Source: an uncultured Poribacteria bacterium (GTDB lineage Bacteria; Poribacteria; WGA-4E; WGA-3G). From it: 64,000 nucleotides of DNA. Position numbers and translations under genes: made by a program. This document shows positions 30,092 through 40,964 of this stretch, one piece after another. Every line of letters starts with the position of its first letter. The stretch's first letter is position 1. The notes under the pieces are model-generated. The model was not told where the DNA came from, ran no database searches, and worked only from the letters and a program-made list of their open reading frames with translations. The stretch covers positions 4,000,001-4,064,000 of the forward strand of contig OX638351.1 of the NCBI GenBank assembly GCA_951813565.1, read 5' to 3'.

Positions 30092-31050
30092 GGTTCGGAT
30101 ATTTGAAGCTGTGATGTGATTGTTGACATATATTGAAAGTATATATGCTATCGGTATGAACGTCAACTGTTTTTTGGAATTTGCTACTACAAACGTTGAA
30201 AGAAAAATGTTATAACCTACATTGCGCACTTCGAATTTCCGATTTTCGATATTTATTTCTCAAACCTGCGTGGCACCTACATCGAGCAAGCAATTTCAGG
30301 TGAATTAGAGAAAAAGAAAAGTGACAAGTGGAATCTTAATTCACGGCACCAAATCTCTATTATCCGGTACGGATCCTTTCGTGACACGGGTTTGTCCTAT
30401 AAATATTAAATTCTGATTAAACAACTGCGGAATGTGGGTTATAAGAAATTTAGGAATTAATTAAAATTTGCAATTCACTAACTTTATAATGTATAATTTC
30501 TGAATTAGTTTTTCTGTGATACTAAAATACAGTTAAAATCACGTTTTACACACAAAATGAGGAATTGGAAACCTTTAATATAAAATCACGTTGTTATTAC
30601 CTTAATGAAGGTTTTATGCCAATACTTTACGAATGGAATTGGTATAAAATATTTAAATTGGGGTTTCAATTGTAACACATCTAAAACATACACTCACCCA
30701 TTTTCAAAAGGGTGGACCGCTCACTTTTTTCGGGCGAAATACTCCTATTGGAGGAAGGAATTTGTTCAGGATTAGCCAATTATTCGATTGACAAGAACTG
30801 TAGAATTTTACGTAACTTTATGATAATCCGAAAATTGTTTTACATAGACTTTTAAGCATTAGCATTTTTAATTTTCACAAAGAGGAGGAAAACCTAACAC
30901 GTAGCGTTAATCTGGCTGTGGAAAGAATTCCACAATAGTGTCTTGCTTTTGCTTTGAAGCGTATCTTGGCAATTCGGAAATCGGACTCAGGTCAATTGAG
31001 TAATAGCATGGGAAAATAGTAAAATATTTTACCTCATGCCCGAATAAAAT

Positions 31051-31803
31051 ATGGATACGATAAACGATAAACGAATAGAGTTTGCTCACAAAAAAAGATT
31101 TAGAAAAATATGTTTAATTGTGTTTGTTGTGTTTTCATCAATAGTTTTTTCAATACCATCTTTCAGCCAGTTTACTGACTTGCCAGAAGATAAGAAGACA
31201 GTAGACCTTGGTGTTTCTGGTAATGGTATTTTGCAAACGTTCTCCTTAACTACAGTATTGCCAATTAGTAATATCAACGGTTGGGCAGGATTTTTTGGTT
31301 CCCGTGCTGCAGGTGAAGAAGGTGTAATTTCTGAAATCATTAAACTCCACATAGAAGGTGGGATTCCAATCAACAAAGTTGAGTTTGAGATATTCTCTTA
31401 TCTTGAACGTAACATAACTGATGGGACTGCGTTAACAGCGCAAGTAGGAGGTAGTATTGAACTGGAGAAATATAAGAAAGGCTCTCTTATTATTTCTGCT
31501 AATTTTGGTTATTTCTTAGAAACTATTCAACCGTTAGAAAACCTTTCAGTAAGACAATTTGATCCAACCTCGTTTAGATGGTTAATTTCCTCTACTGTAG
31601 ATTGGCAGAAACTTAATACAGAATTAACGTTTACCCCAGAAATAGGCTTCAAAAACTACAGATTTTGTGCGGAGCCCACTTTTACGTTTGATATTACAAC
31701 TCGGTTAGGTTTACGTTTGAGTGGAACTTTTACCTATAATAGTGCTCCGTTAACAGAAAATCTAAAATATAACTATCAATCAATTTTACGAATCACGCTA
31801 TAA
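31051..31803 (+). CDS. hypothetical AT-rich protein, possible outer-membrane beta-barrel
   Basis: N-terminal hydrophobic segment, alternating amphipathic beta strands and C-terminal YQSILRITL. Confidence 0.5.
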   Translation: MDTINDKRIEFAHKKRFRKICLIVFVVFSSIVFSIPSFSQFTDLPEDKKTVDLGVSGNGILQTFSLTTVLPISNINGWAGFFGSRAAGEEGVISEIIKLHIEGGIPINKVEFEIFSYLERNITDGTALTAQVGGSIELEKYKKGSLIISANFGYFLETIQPLENLSVRQFDPTSFRWLISSTVDWQKLNTELTFTPEIGFKNYRFCAEPTFTFDITTRLGLRLSGTFTYNSAPLTENLKYNYQSILRITL

Positions 31804-31911
31804 CAGTTTGTTTCTTGATAGAATCTAATAACATACAATCTGAATTAAGATTGTTTGGTACTCCATAAAAATGGAGTGCCAATTTCTTTTTAAACTTCAA
31901 TCATAATTGGA

Positions 31912-32443
31912 CAGGACTTACGCAGTCTTGAAGATTATTGAAGGATTTGAGAGTTGATATCGTAAATAATCGTCCAATAAGCTATCTTTAAGCTCATAAA
32001 TTGTTCTACCAACTGCACGGGCAGTGCGTGTCAAACAGACCCATACTTGAAAACAACACGCAATATGATTTCTTTGCGCACGCAACTTGCGACATTGACA
32101 TTTACCAATACCAGTGGCTTGTTTGATCTCACGATGAAATTGCTCAATCTTCCAACGCACTTTACATTCTTGGATTGTGGCATCCGCATCATCATACTCA
32201 ATGTCATCCTTTACGGATTGCCAGAGTTCGCTTGAAGAAATGTTTTCATTTCTCAAGAAACGATTGAGTTGATCGTGGCTCCATTTTTCTGTCCGAGCAG
32301 CAAAGTAGGTTTGTGTCCAATTCGTGACACTTGCTATCAAAAACTGACAATAATCGGAAAATAGGTTTTCCTTCTTTTGAGAGTGGGTAAATGTAATCAT
32401 AATAGAATAGTATACACCATTTTATAAAAATGCGTAAGTCCTG
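31912..32443 (-). mobile_element. internally deleted copy of the IS701-family element
   Basis: Same TIRs; the transposase is fused in frame at IEYD|DADAT, with 185 codons missing relative to 22349-23386. Confidence 0.9.
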
Positions 32444-32562
32444 TTAAGAAAAGCGCGTTGTGTTTTCTGTTTAATCAGCAAACCTCGGTGGATACCAAAT
32501 CAATATCTTATGATTCTGTTATTTTCTACCATGTAAACATACAGATGCAAATTTAACATAAT

Positions 32563-34914
32563 CTATCGTGTGCGGCTTTTTGTCCACTGACACCGTTGGA
32601 CCCAATCTTGGGCAGAAAGTTTCATTCCCAAGGGTTGTGTTCGATCAGTCGCTATTGCTGAAAACATTTCTTCTGCGATTCTATAATCTTTCATGTAAAA
32701 AGCGTTCATCCCCAATAACCAGCGTGATTTCAATGCAAATTGGGGCGGTATTGTTCGCATCTGTTCTTTTTGGCTCAAGTCAATGGCATGGTGAAGATAT
32801 TGTGTGCTTAGTTCCCACGCTTTTTCTTTGTGAAGTAACTCACCTATTAAAAAATAGGCTAACCAATCGTCCGGTTCAGTTCCAATAACCCGCAATAAAA
32901 GAGTCGTTTTCTTCCCATTTCCTGTACGACCTGAAGAACTTTTAGGAAGTATAACAGTACGTAGCCGTTTTCTTGATTGAGGTGTATATGTTCCCGAAAG
33001 CGCTGCAATACGTTTAAGAATGCTCTGTTCAATAGTTTCGTGGGTAGCCAACAAAACGGTTTCTTTGTATAGATTTAACGCTTTTTCTGCATCCCCTTGC
33101 AGCCAGTAGATATCTCCCAGTAATTGCGCTGCTTCGGTTCTGTATTGTGAATTTACATCTGCAATCATACGTTTTGCAAGTGAGGTAGTTAATTTATAAT
33201 CCCCAATTCTAAATGCGCTATACATCAATCCCAACAGTGTTCTTGGATTTTCTGGTTCATCTGACAGCATTTGATGAAAAGTGTCCATTGCAAACATAAA
33301 ATCATTGCGGTAATATGCTTGCCAGGCTTTATTCCGTAACGCTGCCATTTCGTGAGCACATACTTGTTCAAAGATTCCACCCCGTTTTAGGCGGCGTGCA
33401 GCATAGCCTATGTCAGTATCTTGCAATTGTACTTCGTTTGATAAGAATTTAACCCATTCTGCTTCCAAAACGCTGAAGTCTTTTGGATAACTCTTGGATA
33501 AATTCCCGAATGGAAAAGCCTGTTTTAACTTATCTAATCCGTATGTATCAACAAGGAAACGGATAAAAGAACCCGCAAGTAGATAACTTCGTGAACCTGC
33601 ATGTCTCCAAAATCCGATGCCCATGACGCTGGAGAGAGGGGGTGCAACCTTTAATTGGCGCATCGCTTTCGCCCATTGATGGACTGTAAGCTGTCCTTCA
33701 TCCCAGTCTGCTGCGACAGCAATACCTTCATGCACTCCTACGTTCAAGCTAACCTTCCATGAAGACCAGTCGGCAGTCAATACGTGTGCCAACTCATGTT
33801 TTAGCACAGGATGCGGAAAACCTGTCGAATGAAGATGAAAACCGTAACCAAACGGGTCTTCAACAAACGTATTACCAGCCCCGATCAACCTCTTTTTCTG
33901 TTCAGGGGAAGCGTATAGATAAGCACGAACTTTCCTTGAACTTGTTGTCTGTAAGTAGTCAGATAGCTGAACATAACGAAACTCGCAATCGTCAGCGAAT
34001 AAATCTATTTCATTTTCAAGTTCCCGCGCATAGAAGATTTCAAAATGCTCCGTTTCTCTATAACCACCTAACGCTTGCGCGATGTCAGCACGCGTTGGAC
34101 GAATCATTAATTTTCCGGAAAAGAATTCTAAACTGACTAATGCTACAATCAGTATGCATACTGTTGTAACCCGCCAAAGCGACTTCGTAGTAGTAAATTT
34201 AATAAGATTACGCCATTGAAGTTTGGGGACAAAACCGGTCTCCCTACTAATTTCACACGTATAGATTGAAATCGTTAAGAATAACAGTGCCCATAGCAAC
34301 GTTTCTCCTCGTGCTATCAGTAGGGTGCTTGTTATTGAAATAACGAAATCATAAATGGGTCCGGGGAAATATCCTAAAATAGGATGAAAAGCAAATACTG
34401 GTGGATGGAATATCAGATTTATACCTACTGGGATGCATGAAAGAAGGAGAAATCCCAGGTATGTAAGATATGCTAACCATCTCTTTTGTATCCACACATT
34501 GAAGAATAAACCTGCTGCTGTTGCTGTGGCGCAGCTGAGTGTAGGCAAGATAAGAAAAAAGAGGAATCCTTCACCGAAATTGCAGTTTTTTATGCGGAAT
34601 GCGTTTAGCAAAATTATGGTGAGTGCTGCTATCAGTAATATAACATTCGATAAAAATGCGCGCCAGAAACATCCTAAAATAACCTGACTGGGCGTGCCAG
34701 TTAAGTTATCAGGGTCACGTTTCATTGTTTGGAATTCGGTCATGGCAACGTGGGAACAGGCAAAAGCAACGCAGAGGGTAATAATCGCGCAAAACTCAAA
34801 AGCAAGTATATTGAATAGAGGTTTGGCGGCAAGCACTAATGCTAAAACACAAAAAATAGAGAACCACAGCCAATATGAAACGGTTTTATAGATCATAAGA
34901 TTTGAACTTGTCAC
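32563..34914 (-). CDS. membrane protein with HExxH peptidase-like domain and TPR repeats
   Basis: Multiple TM helices, LKHELAHV...EGIAVA and a C-terminal TPR-like region. Confidence 0.7.
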   Translation of the reverse strand: MTSSNLMIYKTVSYWLWFSIFCVLALVLAAKPLFNILAFEFCAIITLCVAFACSHVAMTEFQTMKRDPDNLTGTPSQVILGCFWRAFLSNVILLIAALTIILLNAFRIKNCNFGEGFLFFLILPTLSCATATAAGLFFNVWIQKRWLAYLTYLGFLLLSCIPVGINLIFHPPVFAFHPILGYFPGPIYDFVISITSTLLIARGETLLWALLFLTISIYTCEISRETGFVPKLQWRNLIKFTTTKSLWRVTTVCILIVALVSLEFFSGKLMIRPTRADIAQALGGYRETEHFEIFYARELENEIDLFADDCEFRYVQLSDYLQTTSSRKVRAYLYASPEQKKRLIGAGNTFVEDPFGYGFHLHSTGFPHPVLKHELAHVLTADWSSWKVSLNVGVHEGIAVAADWDEGQLTVHQWAKAMRQLKVAPPLSSVMGIGFWRHAGSRSYLLAGSFIRFLVDTYGLDKLKQAFPFGNLSKSYPKDFSVLEAEWVKFLSNEVQLQDTDIGYAARRLKRGGIFEQVCAHEMAALRNKAWQAYYRNDFMFAMDTFHQMLSDEPENPRTLLGLMYSAFRIGDYKLTTSLAKRMIADVNSQYRTEAAQLLGDIYWLQGDAEKALNLYKETVLLATHETIEQSILKRIAALSGTYTPQSRKRLRTVILPKSSSGRTGNGKKTTLLLRVIGTEPDDWLAYFLIGELLHKEKAWELSTQYLHHAIDLSQKEQMRTIPPQFALKSRWLLGMNAFYMKDYRIAEEMFSAIATDRTQPLGMKLSAQDWVQRCQWTKSRTR

Positions 34915-35061
34915 GGTTACCTCGGCTATGAACAGTATGAGGTCCCTGTGTCAAGGTTATGTATTGTGTTTGTGTCATATATCAGTGTTATAGGGTTCTT
35001 CATCCGTATTATTTTAACCAACCTTTGTTCGCTTGTCAAAAGAAATTTGCCATTAAGCTGC

Positions 35062-35090
35062 TTGACATAGCCCCATAATTTTGTTAAAAT
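35062..35090 (+). promoter_or_regulatory. sigma70 promoter for the sod operon
   Basis: TTGACA-N17-TAAAAT. Confidence 0.7.
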
Positions 35091-35120
35091 TCTATTCAAA
35101 CTACACGATGAGGAGAACTC

Positions 35121-35846
35121 ATGAACCGTAGAAACTTTTTAATTACTGGAAGTGCCGCATTAGCAGGAATGTTTATGGTTAAGAGTCCACAGCGTCTTTA
35201 CGCAGATCACCATTTACATGGTGACCATACCCATGGTTATGAACTTCCAAAGTTACATTATGCCTATGATGCACTTGAACCGCATATTGACAAACGCACG
35301 ATGGAAATTCATCATGGTAAACACCACCAAGGTTATGTGAATAAACTTAACGCAGCAGTCGGAGACGATCATGCCTTAGTTGACCAGTCAATCGAGAATT
35401 TGCTTCAAAATATCGAAAAAGTGCCTATGAAAATTCGCCAAGCGGTTATTAACAGCGGCGGTGGACACGCCAATCATACGCTTTTCTGGAGCACGATGAT
35501 TCCCGATGGTAGAGGACTGACGGGCAAAGTTGCCGAAGCAATGCAGTCCACTTTTGGTTCCCTTGATGCTGCAAAAGAGAAATTAGCCAATACCGCAAAA
35601 ACACATTTCGGATCAGGATGGGCCTGGCTTGTTGTTGATGATAAGAAGAAATTGCAGATTTACGCCACGAAAAATCAGGATAGTCCGTTGATGAAGGGAC
35701 ATACACCTATTCTTGGAATTGATGTTTGGGAACACGCCTACTACCTGAAATACCAAAACAGACGCGCCGATTATATTGATGCGTGGAGCAAAGTTGTCAA
35801 TTGGAAACAGGTTAACGTTAACTACCTTGCAGCAATGAAAGCGTAG
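35121..35846 (+). CDS. sodA: Mn/Fe superoxide dismutase with Tat signal peptide
   Basis: MNRRNFL Tat motif, [21 protein letters not shown] and DVWEHAYY. Confidence 0.9.
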   Translation: MNRRNFLITGSAALAGMFMVKSPQRLYADHHLHGDHTHGYELPKLHYAYDALEPHIDKRTMEIHHGKHHQGYVNKLNAAVGDDHALVDQSIENLLQNIEKVPMKIRQAVINSGGGHANHTLFWSTMIPDGRGLTGKVAEAMQSTFGSLDAAKEKLANTAKTHFGSGWAWLVVDDKKKLQIYATKNQDSPLMKGHTPILGIDVWEHAYYLKYQNRRADYIDAWSKVVNWKQVNVNYLAAMKA

Positions 35847-35856
35847 AGGAATTCTT

Positions 35857-36993
35857 ATGGATCGCAGAGATTTTTTACGGCGCAGCGGCTTAACGCTTAC
35901 AGGATTACTGCTTAGTCCTTGGGCAGTTTATGCCTTCCCCAGTCGAGAAGGTGAAGAATTGATCCCATTTTCAGATCAACCCCCCGAACCGCCTTCAAAG
36001 CGAGGTTTGTTGGATTGGAATGAATTGGATTCGTTCATTACACCGAACGATAAATTCTTCAATGTTTCACATTATGGCAAGCCTAAAGTTGATCTTGAAA
36101 CGTGGAAATTAGAGATCAGTGGGTTGGTTGAAAATCCGTTGATGCTTACTATTGAAAATATTAAAGCTCGGTCTAAGCAGGATGTAACCTTTACATTAGA
36201 ATGCTCTGGCAACCATGGTTTTCCTACGTTTACCGGAGCAATTGGCAACGCAAAATGGGGAGGCACGCCTCTCGCTCCGATTCTCAAAGAGGCTGGCATT
36301 CAAGAGAACGGCATTGAAGTAATTTTCTTCGGACATGATACTGGTGAAGAGAAACGGCGGGGTGTTACCATGCGTCAGAACTTTGCACGGAGTATGTCTG
36401 TTGAGGACGCGCTGCAAGAGACTAACCTACTCTGTTATGAGATGAACGGTGAACCCTTACCACACCCAAACGGTGCCCCACTTCGCTTGATCGCCCCTGG
36501 TTGGTACGGCATCGCATGCGTCAAATGGCTTAAACGCATTGAAGTTCGTGATACCCGCTTTATGGGAAAATTCATGGCGCGCGATTATGTTACCATGCGA
36601 AAAGAAACACGTCCTGATGATGAAGTTGTGTGGATGGAGACATCAGTTGGCAAAACGCAGTTAAAGTCATTGGCAGCGAAGGTCACGCGCATTGGAAATG
36701 AATACCGAATCTATGGTGCTGCCTGGGGTGCACCTATCCAAAAAGTTGAAGTAAGCATTGATGGTGGACAGTGGCAAAAGGCTACAATAGACCCTGAAGA
36801 AGATGCTGAATTTGCATGGAAAATCTGGCATCTCAACTGGGACAACCCACCCAAAGGTGAACATACTGTCGTTTCCAGAGCTATTGATATAAAAGGCAAC
36901 ATTCAACCTGCAGGTGATTCTGATTATATAAAAGGGAAACACACCTATTGGGAGAGTAATGGTCAGGTTGTTCGCAAGATTAACATTAAATAG
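35857..36993 (+). CDS. sulfite oxidase-family molybdoenzyme with Tat signal
   Basis: MDRRDFL, LECSGN, MNGEPLPHPNGAPLR, KWL and a C-terminal dimerisation domain. Confidence 0.88.
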   Translation: MDRRDFLRRSGLTLTGLLLSPWAVYAFPSREGEELIPFSDQPPEPPSKRGLLDWNELDSFITPNDKFFNVSHYGKPKVDLETWKLEISGLVENPLMLTIENIKARSKQDVTFTLECSGNHGFPTFTGAIGNAKWGGTPLAPILKEAGIQENGIEVIFFGHDTGEEKRRGVTMRQNFARSMSVEDALQETNLLCYEMNGEPLPHPNGAPLRLIAPGWYGIACVKWLKRIEVRDTRFMGKFMARDYVTMRKETRPDDEVVWMETSVGKTQLKSLAAKVTRIGNEYRIYGAAWGAPIQKVEVSIDGGQWQKATIDPEEDAEFAWKIWHLNWDNPPKGEHTVVSRAIDIKGNIQPAGDSDYIKGKHTYWESNGQVVRKINIK

Positions 36994-37002
36994 GAGACTC
37001 AA

Positions 37003-37773
37003 TTGATCAACATAACCGATGAACAGAAGCAGCAGTATCAAGAGGAAGGCTATTTCATCTTGGAGCGTGTTATTCCAGAACCACTTTTGGAACTGCTTCG
37101 CGGCGAATGCGGAACATTTATTACCCAAATGGATGAGCGAATGGAGCAAGAGAACACAGATGTGCTCGGTCTTAATCATCGCAACAAACGCTACTTTGTT
37201 TCTAACTGCTTCAGGAAACAGCCGAAACTCCGTGAATTTCTGTTCAGCGATCTAATGGCGGAAGTCTGTCGTGCGGCATTGGGCGATACTGCTTATCTGT
37301 TTTGGGAACAGTATGTCGTCAAAGGCGCAGAGGCAGGCATGAAGTTCAGTTGGCATCAAGATTCAGGTTATGTCGGTTACCCTGATCACAAACCATACCT
37401 AACTTGTTGGTGTGCACTTGATGATATGTCCGAGGAAAATGGCACTGTCTATGTGATGCCGTATTCACATATCGGTATCCGTTCATGGGTAAAGCATATC
37501 CGAGAAGAAGGAAGCAACGATTTGGTCGGATATTTTGGGTCCGAAAAAGGTGTGCCTGCGATTGTGCCTGCGGGTAGCATTGTGGCGTTCACGAGTATTA
37601 ATTTCCATAGTAGTGGAACAAATACTACCGATTCAATGCGGCGAGCGTACCTTGCGCAGTATTCTGCGGAGCCGCTTCTTTCACATGACGGCAGCCGTCT
37701 ATGGGGCAATGCTGAACCGATATTGAAAGATGGAAAGTCTGCTGTGGGTGAACCGCCACCGGAGATTTCATAG
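37003..37773 (+). CDS. PhyH-family dioxygenase
   Basis: EEGYFI, WHQD, ALDD..EENG, H-S-S-G and RRAY. Confidence 0.9.
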   Translation: MINITDEQKQQYQEEGYFILERVIPEPLLELLRGECGTFITQMDERMEQENTDVLGLNHRNKRYFVSNCFRKQPKLREFLFSDLMAEVCRAALGDTAYLFWEQYVVKGAEAGMKFSWHQDSGYVGYPDHKPYLTCWCALDDMSEENGTVYVMPYSHIGIRSWVKHIREEGSNDLVGYFGSEKGVPAIVPAGSIVAFTSINFHSSGTNTTDSMRRAYLAQYSAEPLLSHDGSRLWGNAEPILKDGKSAVGEPPPEIS

Positions 37774-37795
37774 CGTTTTGGCTTAAGGTAGTGCG

Positions 37796-39064
37796 TTAGT
37801 TTCCGTTTGCAGGGTGCCGACTAAACTGAGTCAGATAATTCCCAATTTTATCCTGAATCCCCCGCGCTGATGCTGCCGACCCAACGTAATGGCTAATCAA
37901 AATACCGAATGCTAATACCTCACCGTCTGCCGTTTTGGTATAGCCAGCAAGCGCGGAAACACCACTTAACGTCCCTGTTTTAGCACGCAGTGTCTTTTCT
38001 GCATACATCCCTTGCATCCGATTTCTTAAGGTGCCGTCAACACCTGCGATCGGGAGTGAAGCCATAAATTCCGGCATCAACTCAAAATTGTGGGACATAT
38101 AGACAAGAAGCTTAGCCAGCAATTCAGTGTTGAGGAGATTGTAGCGAGAAAGACCTGAACCGTCTACAAACCGATGTGCTGGCGGTTCACCCATAATCTC
38201 ACCTAAGAATTCTGTAACAGCCTCACTTCCTTTTTTCCACGTTCCCGGTTCACCTTTCACTTCAGCACCAATTGTTTTGAAAAGGAACTCAGCAATCCAA
38301 TTGTCACTCGGTTTGTTCATCAATTTAATGATGTCAGCAAGGGGCAGTGATAAATGTGTAGCAACACTGCGGGCATTTGATGGAACCGTTCCTGAGACAA
38401 CCTCACCCATTACGTCAATACCTTTTTGCATCAATGTGGATTTCAAAATGTGTCCACATGCGATAGCTCTGCTGCCGGTTTTTGCATCAGGTTCAACGCC
38501 TCGGATACTTAATGCACTAATCCGAAGTGGTTTATCATCCCACATCCAGCCCGGCCCTTCCCTAACAGTGTCAAGGTAAGTTTCGTCAACAACAATGTCT
38601 CCTTGTATTGTTTTAACATCGGTTTGTGCTAAAGCATCGCACAATTCTACTATATCGTCTGATTGAAGCACTGGGTCAGCTCTACCTTTGAGATAGACGT
38701 TTCTTGCACCTTGTGCCTCCGAAGCATTATCAATATAAAGCGTTGTTGCGAACTGATAATCTGATCCAAATTTAGCCAAGGCGGTTGCTGCTGTGAAGAG
38801 TTTCGTTGTAGAAGCAGGGTGGTGCAATTTGTTAGCGTTTTTGGCGTAAATCACCTCACCTGTTTCAACTGCAACGACCTTTATGCCGATGCTTGCAGTT
38901 ATAAACAGCGCATCTTGCAATACGGCATCAATATTGGCTTGCAGTTTTTCGTGCGGATTGATAGAGGTTGTTGACGGTTGCGTTTCGACAGGTTTTGTTC
39001 CCAGTATTCCACAACTTGACAGCAACAACACATAGCAGATTAGAAAGATACTATAGGTTCTCAT
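37796..39064 (-). CDS. dacB: D-Ala-D-Ala carboxypeptidase/endopeptidase (PBP4, S13), lipoprotein
   Basis: PASTTK, SDN, DGSGLSR and KTGTL; lipobox LSSC. Confidence 0.92.
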   Translation of the reverse strand: MRTYSIFLICYVLLLSSCGILGTKPVETQPSTTSINPHEKLQANIDAVLQDALFITASIGIKVVAVETGEVIYAKNANKLHHPASTTKLFTAATALAKFGSDYQFATTLYIDNASEAQGARNVYLKGRADPVLQSDDIVELCDALAQTDVKTIQGDIVVDETYLDTVREGPGWMWDDKPLRISALSIRGVEPDAKTGSRAIACGHILKSTLMQKGIDVMGEVVSGTVPSNARSVATHLSLPLADIIKLMNKPSDNWIAEFLFKTIGAEVKGEPGTWKKGSEAVTEFLGEIMGEPPAHRFVDGSGLSRYNLLNTELLAKLLVYMSHNFELMPEFMASLPIAGVDGTLRNRMQGMYAEKTLRAKTGTLSGVSALAGYTKTADGEVLAFGILISHYVGSAASARGIQDKIGNYLTQFSRHPANGN

Positions 39065-39158
39065 GATGTATTAATAGTAGCATAAATTTTTAGATTTTGA
39101 AAGCAAAACATGCTGTGAATTTACAAGATTCACCAACAGAGATACGATTGCAATAATC

Positions 39159-39187
39159 TTGACTTTTACTCCAAAATGTGATAGAAT
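39159..39187 (+). promoter_or_regulatory. sigma70 promoter upstream of cimA
   Basis: TTGACT-N17-TAGAAT. Confidence 0.55.
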
Positions 39188-39302
39188 TCCAAGAAGAAAA
39201 TAAACGGATATTGCCATTAAAGGAGACATCGGATTTTGGCGTTGTAGGGTGAAGTTTGCATGCCCATATTCAAAGCACAAGTCAAAACTAATGTAAAAAC
39301 AC

Positions 39303-40874
39303 ATGGTTGAATTTTACGATACAACACTCAGGGATGGTAGCCAAGCTGAGGGCGTAACATTTTCGGTTGAAGACAAACTTATCATCATAGAGGCATTAGA
39401 TGAATTAGGTATCCGCTACATTGAGGGTGGCTATCCCGGTTCTAATCCGAAAGATATAGAGTTCTTCAAACGGGCAAAAGATATGTCGTTGGAAACAGCA
39501 ACGATTGTGCCGTTCGGCAGTACCCGCTATCCCACCTATGCCCCCGATGATGACCCGAATCTCGCTGCTTTGCTTGATACAGGCGCAAGAACTGTTACAA
39601 TTTTTGGAAAAAGTTGGCGGCTCCATGCAACAGATGTACTGCGGGTTACAGCAGAAGAGAACTTAGAATTAATTGAGAGCTCTGTTAAATATCTTGTAGA
39701 AAATGGGCGTGAAGTAATTTACGATGCAGAACACTTTTTTGATGGTTATGCTGACGATTCGGAGTATGCAATTGAAACGCTCCGGGCAGCTGCAGCAGGT
39801 GGTGCAAAATGTATCGTCCTCTGTGATACCAATGGAGGTAGATTGCCCTTAGAAATACAGGAGGGTGTGAAAGCAGCGATGTCGGCACTGCCTTTGCCTA
39901 TCGGTATCCATGCACACAACGATGCGGGTATGGGAGCGGCAAACTCTGTGTTAGCCGTTGAAGCTGGAGCGAACCATGTTCAGGGGACATTCAATGGCTA
40001 TGGTGAGCGGTGTGGAAATGCCAATCTTGCCTCTATTATTCCCACAATTCAACTTAAGTTAGGTATTAAATGTATCAGCAATACCCAACTGCAAGCAATT
40101 ACCAGCGTATCTCGGTTAATTAGTGAGTTGGCAAACCTGCCGCATGATGAACGTCAACCTTATGTTGGGCGTTCCGCTTTCGCGCACAAAGGCGGATTAC
40201 ACACAGATGCAATCCGTAAAAACCGCCTCACGTATGAACATATCGTCCCTGAAAAAGTCGGCAATACACAACGCATCCTTGTCTCCGACCAAGCGGGCCG
40301 GGGCACCATCATGAAAAAGATTGAGAAGGAATATCCCAATTACGACAAAAACTCACCACAGGTACTTGAACTCTTCAATCGTCTCAAAGAAGCTGAGAAT
40401 GAAGGGTATCAGTATGAAGCCGCTGAGGCATCTTTTGAACTTTTGACACGCAAAGTCTTTAATGGGTATGAATCCTTTTTTGAACGTCTCGGTTTTCGCG
40501 TCATTATTGAGAAGTTCACTGACCACACCATGCGTTCAGAGGCAACAGTAAAGGTTACCACACCAGATGGTGCTATGACCCACACAGCGGCGGATGGAGA
40601 TGGTCCCGTCAATGCATTGGATACCGCACTTCGAAAGGCACTTGAACAGTTCTATCCTGCCTTACAGACAGTCAGATTGATAGATTACAAAGTTCGGGTA
40701 TTGGATACGAAAGCAGGAACTGGTTCAAAGGTGCGTGTCCTTATTGAAGCAAGTGATGGCGAAATGAGTTGGAGAACCGTCGGTGTTTCTGAGAACATCA
40801 TATCGGCAAGTTACGAAGCGCTCATTGATAGTTTTGAATATAAATTGCATAAAGATGAAGGTTCAGTCAAATAA
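39303..40874 (+). CDS. cimA: citramalate synthase
   Basis: DTTLRDGSQ, YIEGGYPGSNPKD, HAHND, AFAHKGGLH and LeuA regulatory domain GDGPVNALD. Confidence 0.9.
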   Translation: MVEFYDTTLRDGSQAEGVTFSVEDKLIIIEALDELGIRYIEGGYPGSNPKDIEFFKRAKDMSLETATIVPFGSTRYPTYAPDDDPNLAALLDTGARTVTIFGKSWRLHATDVLRVTAEENLELIESSVKYLVENGREVIYDAEHFFDGYADDSEYAIETLRAAAAGGAKCIVLCDTNGGRLPLEIQEGVKAAMSALPLPIGIHAHNDAGMGAANSVLAVEAGANHVQGTFNGYGERCGNANLASIIPTIQLKLGIKCISNTQLQAITSVSRLISELANLPHDERQPYVGRSAFAHKGGLHTDAIRKNRLTYEHIVPEKVGNTQRILVSDQAGRGTIMKKIEKEYPNYDKNSPQVLELFNRLKEAENEGYQYEAAEASFELLTRKVFNGYESFFERLGFRVIIEKFTDHTMRSEATVKVTTPDGAMTHTAADGDGPVNALDTALRKALEQFYPALQTVRLIDYKVRVLDTKAGTGSKVRVLIEASDGEMSWRTVGVSENIISASYEALIDSFEYKLHKDEGSVK

Positions 40875-40908
40875 ATCCTACCGACTATTTTGTAACGCTA
40901 AACTTTCC

Positions 40909-40937
40909 TTGACACTATTTTACATAAGTGTTATAAT
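40909..40937 (+). promoter_or_regulatory. perfect-consensus sigma70 promoter
   Basis: TTGACA-N17-TATAAT. Confidence 0.8.
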
Positions 40938-40964
40938 TATCATAACACTTATTGGAGGTGTGAC

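Noticed and set aside
30690..30730. Hairpin loosely resembling a c-di-GMP-I riboswitch
   Set aside because: It lacks the GNRA loop/receptor and the second stem; the evidence is insufficient.
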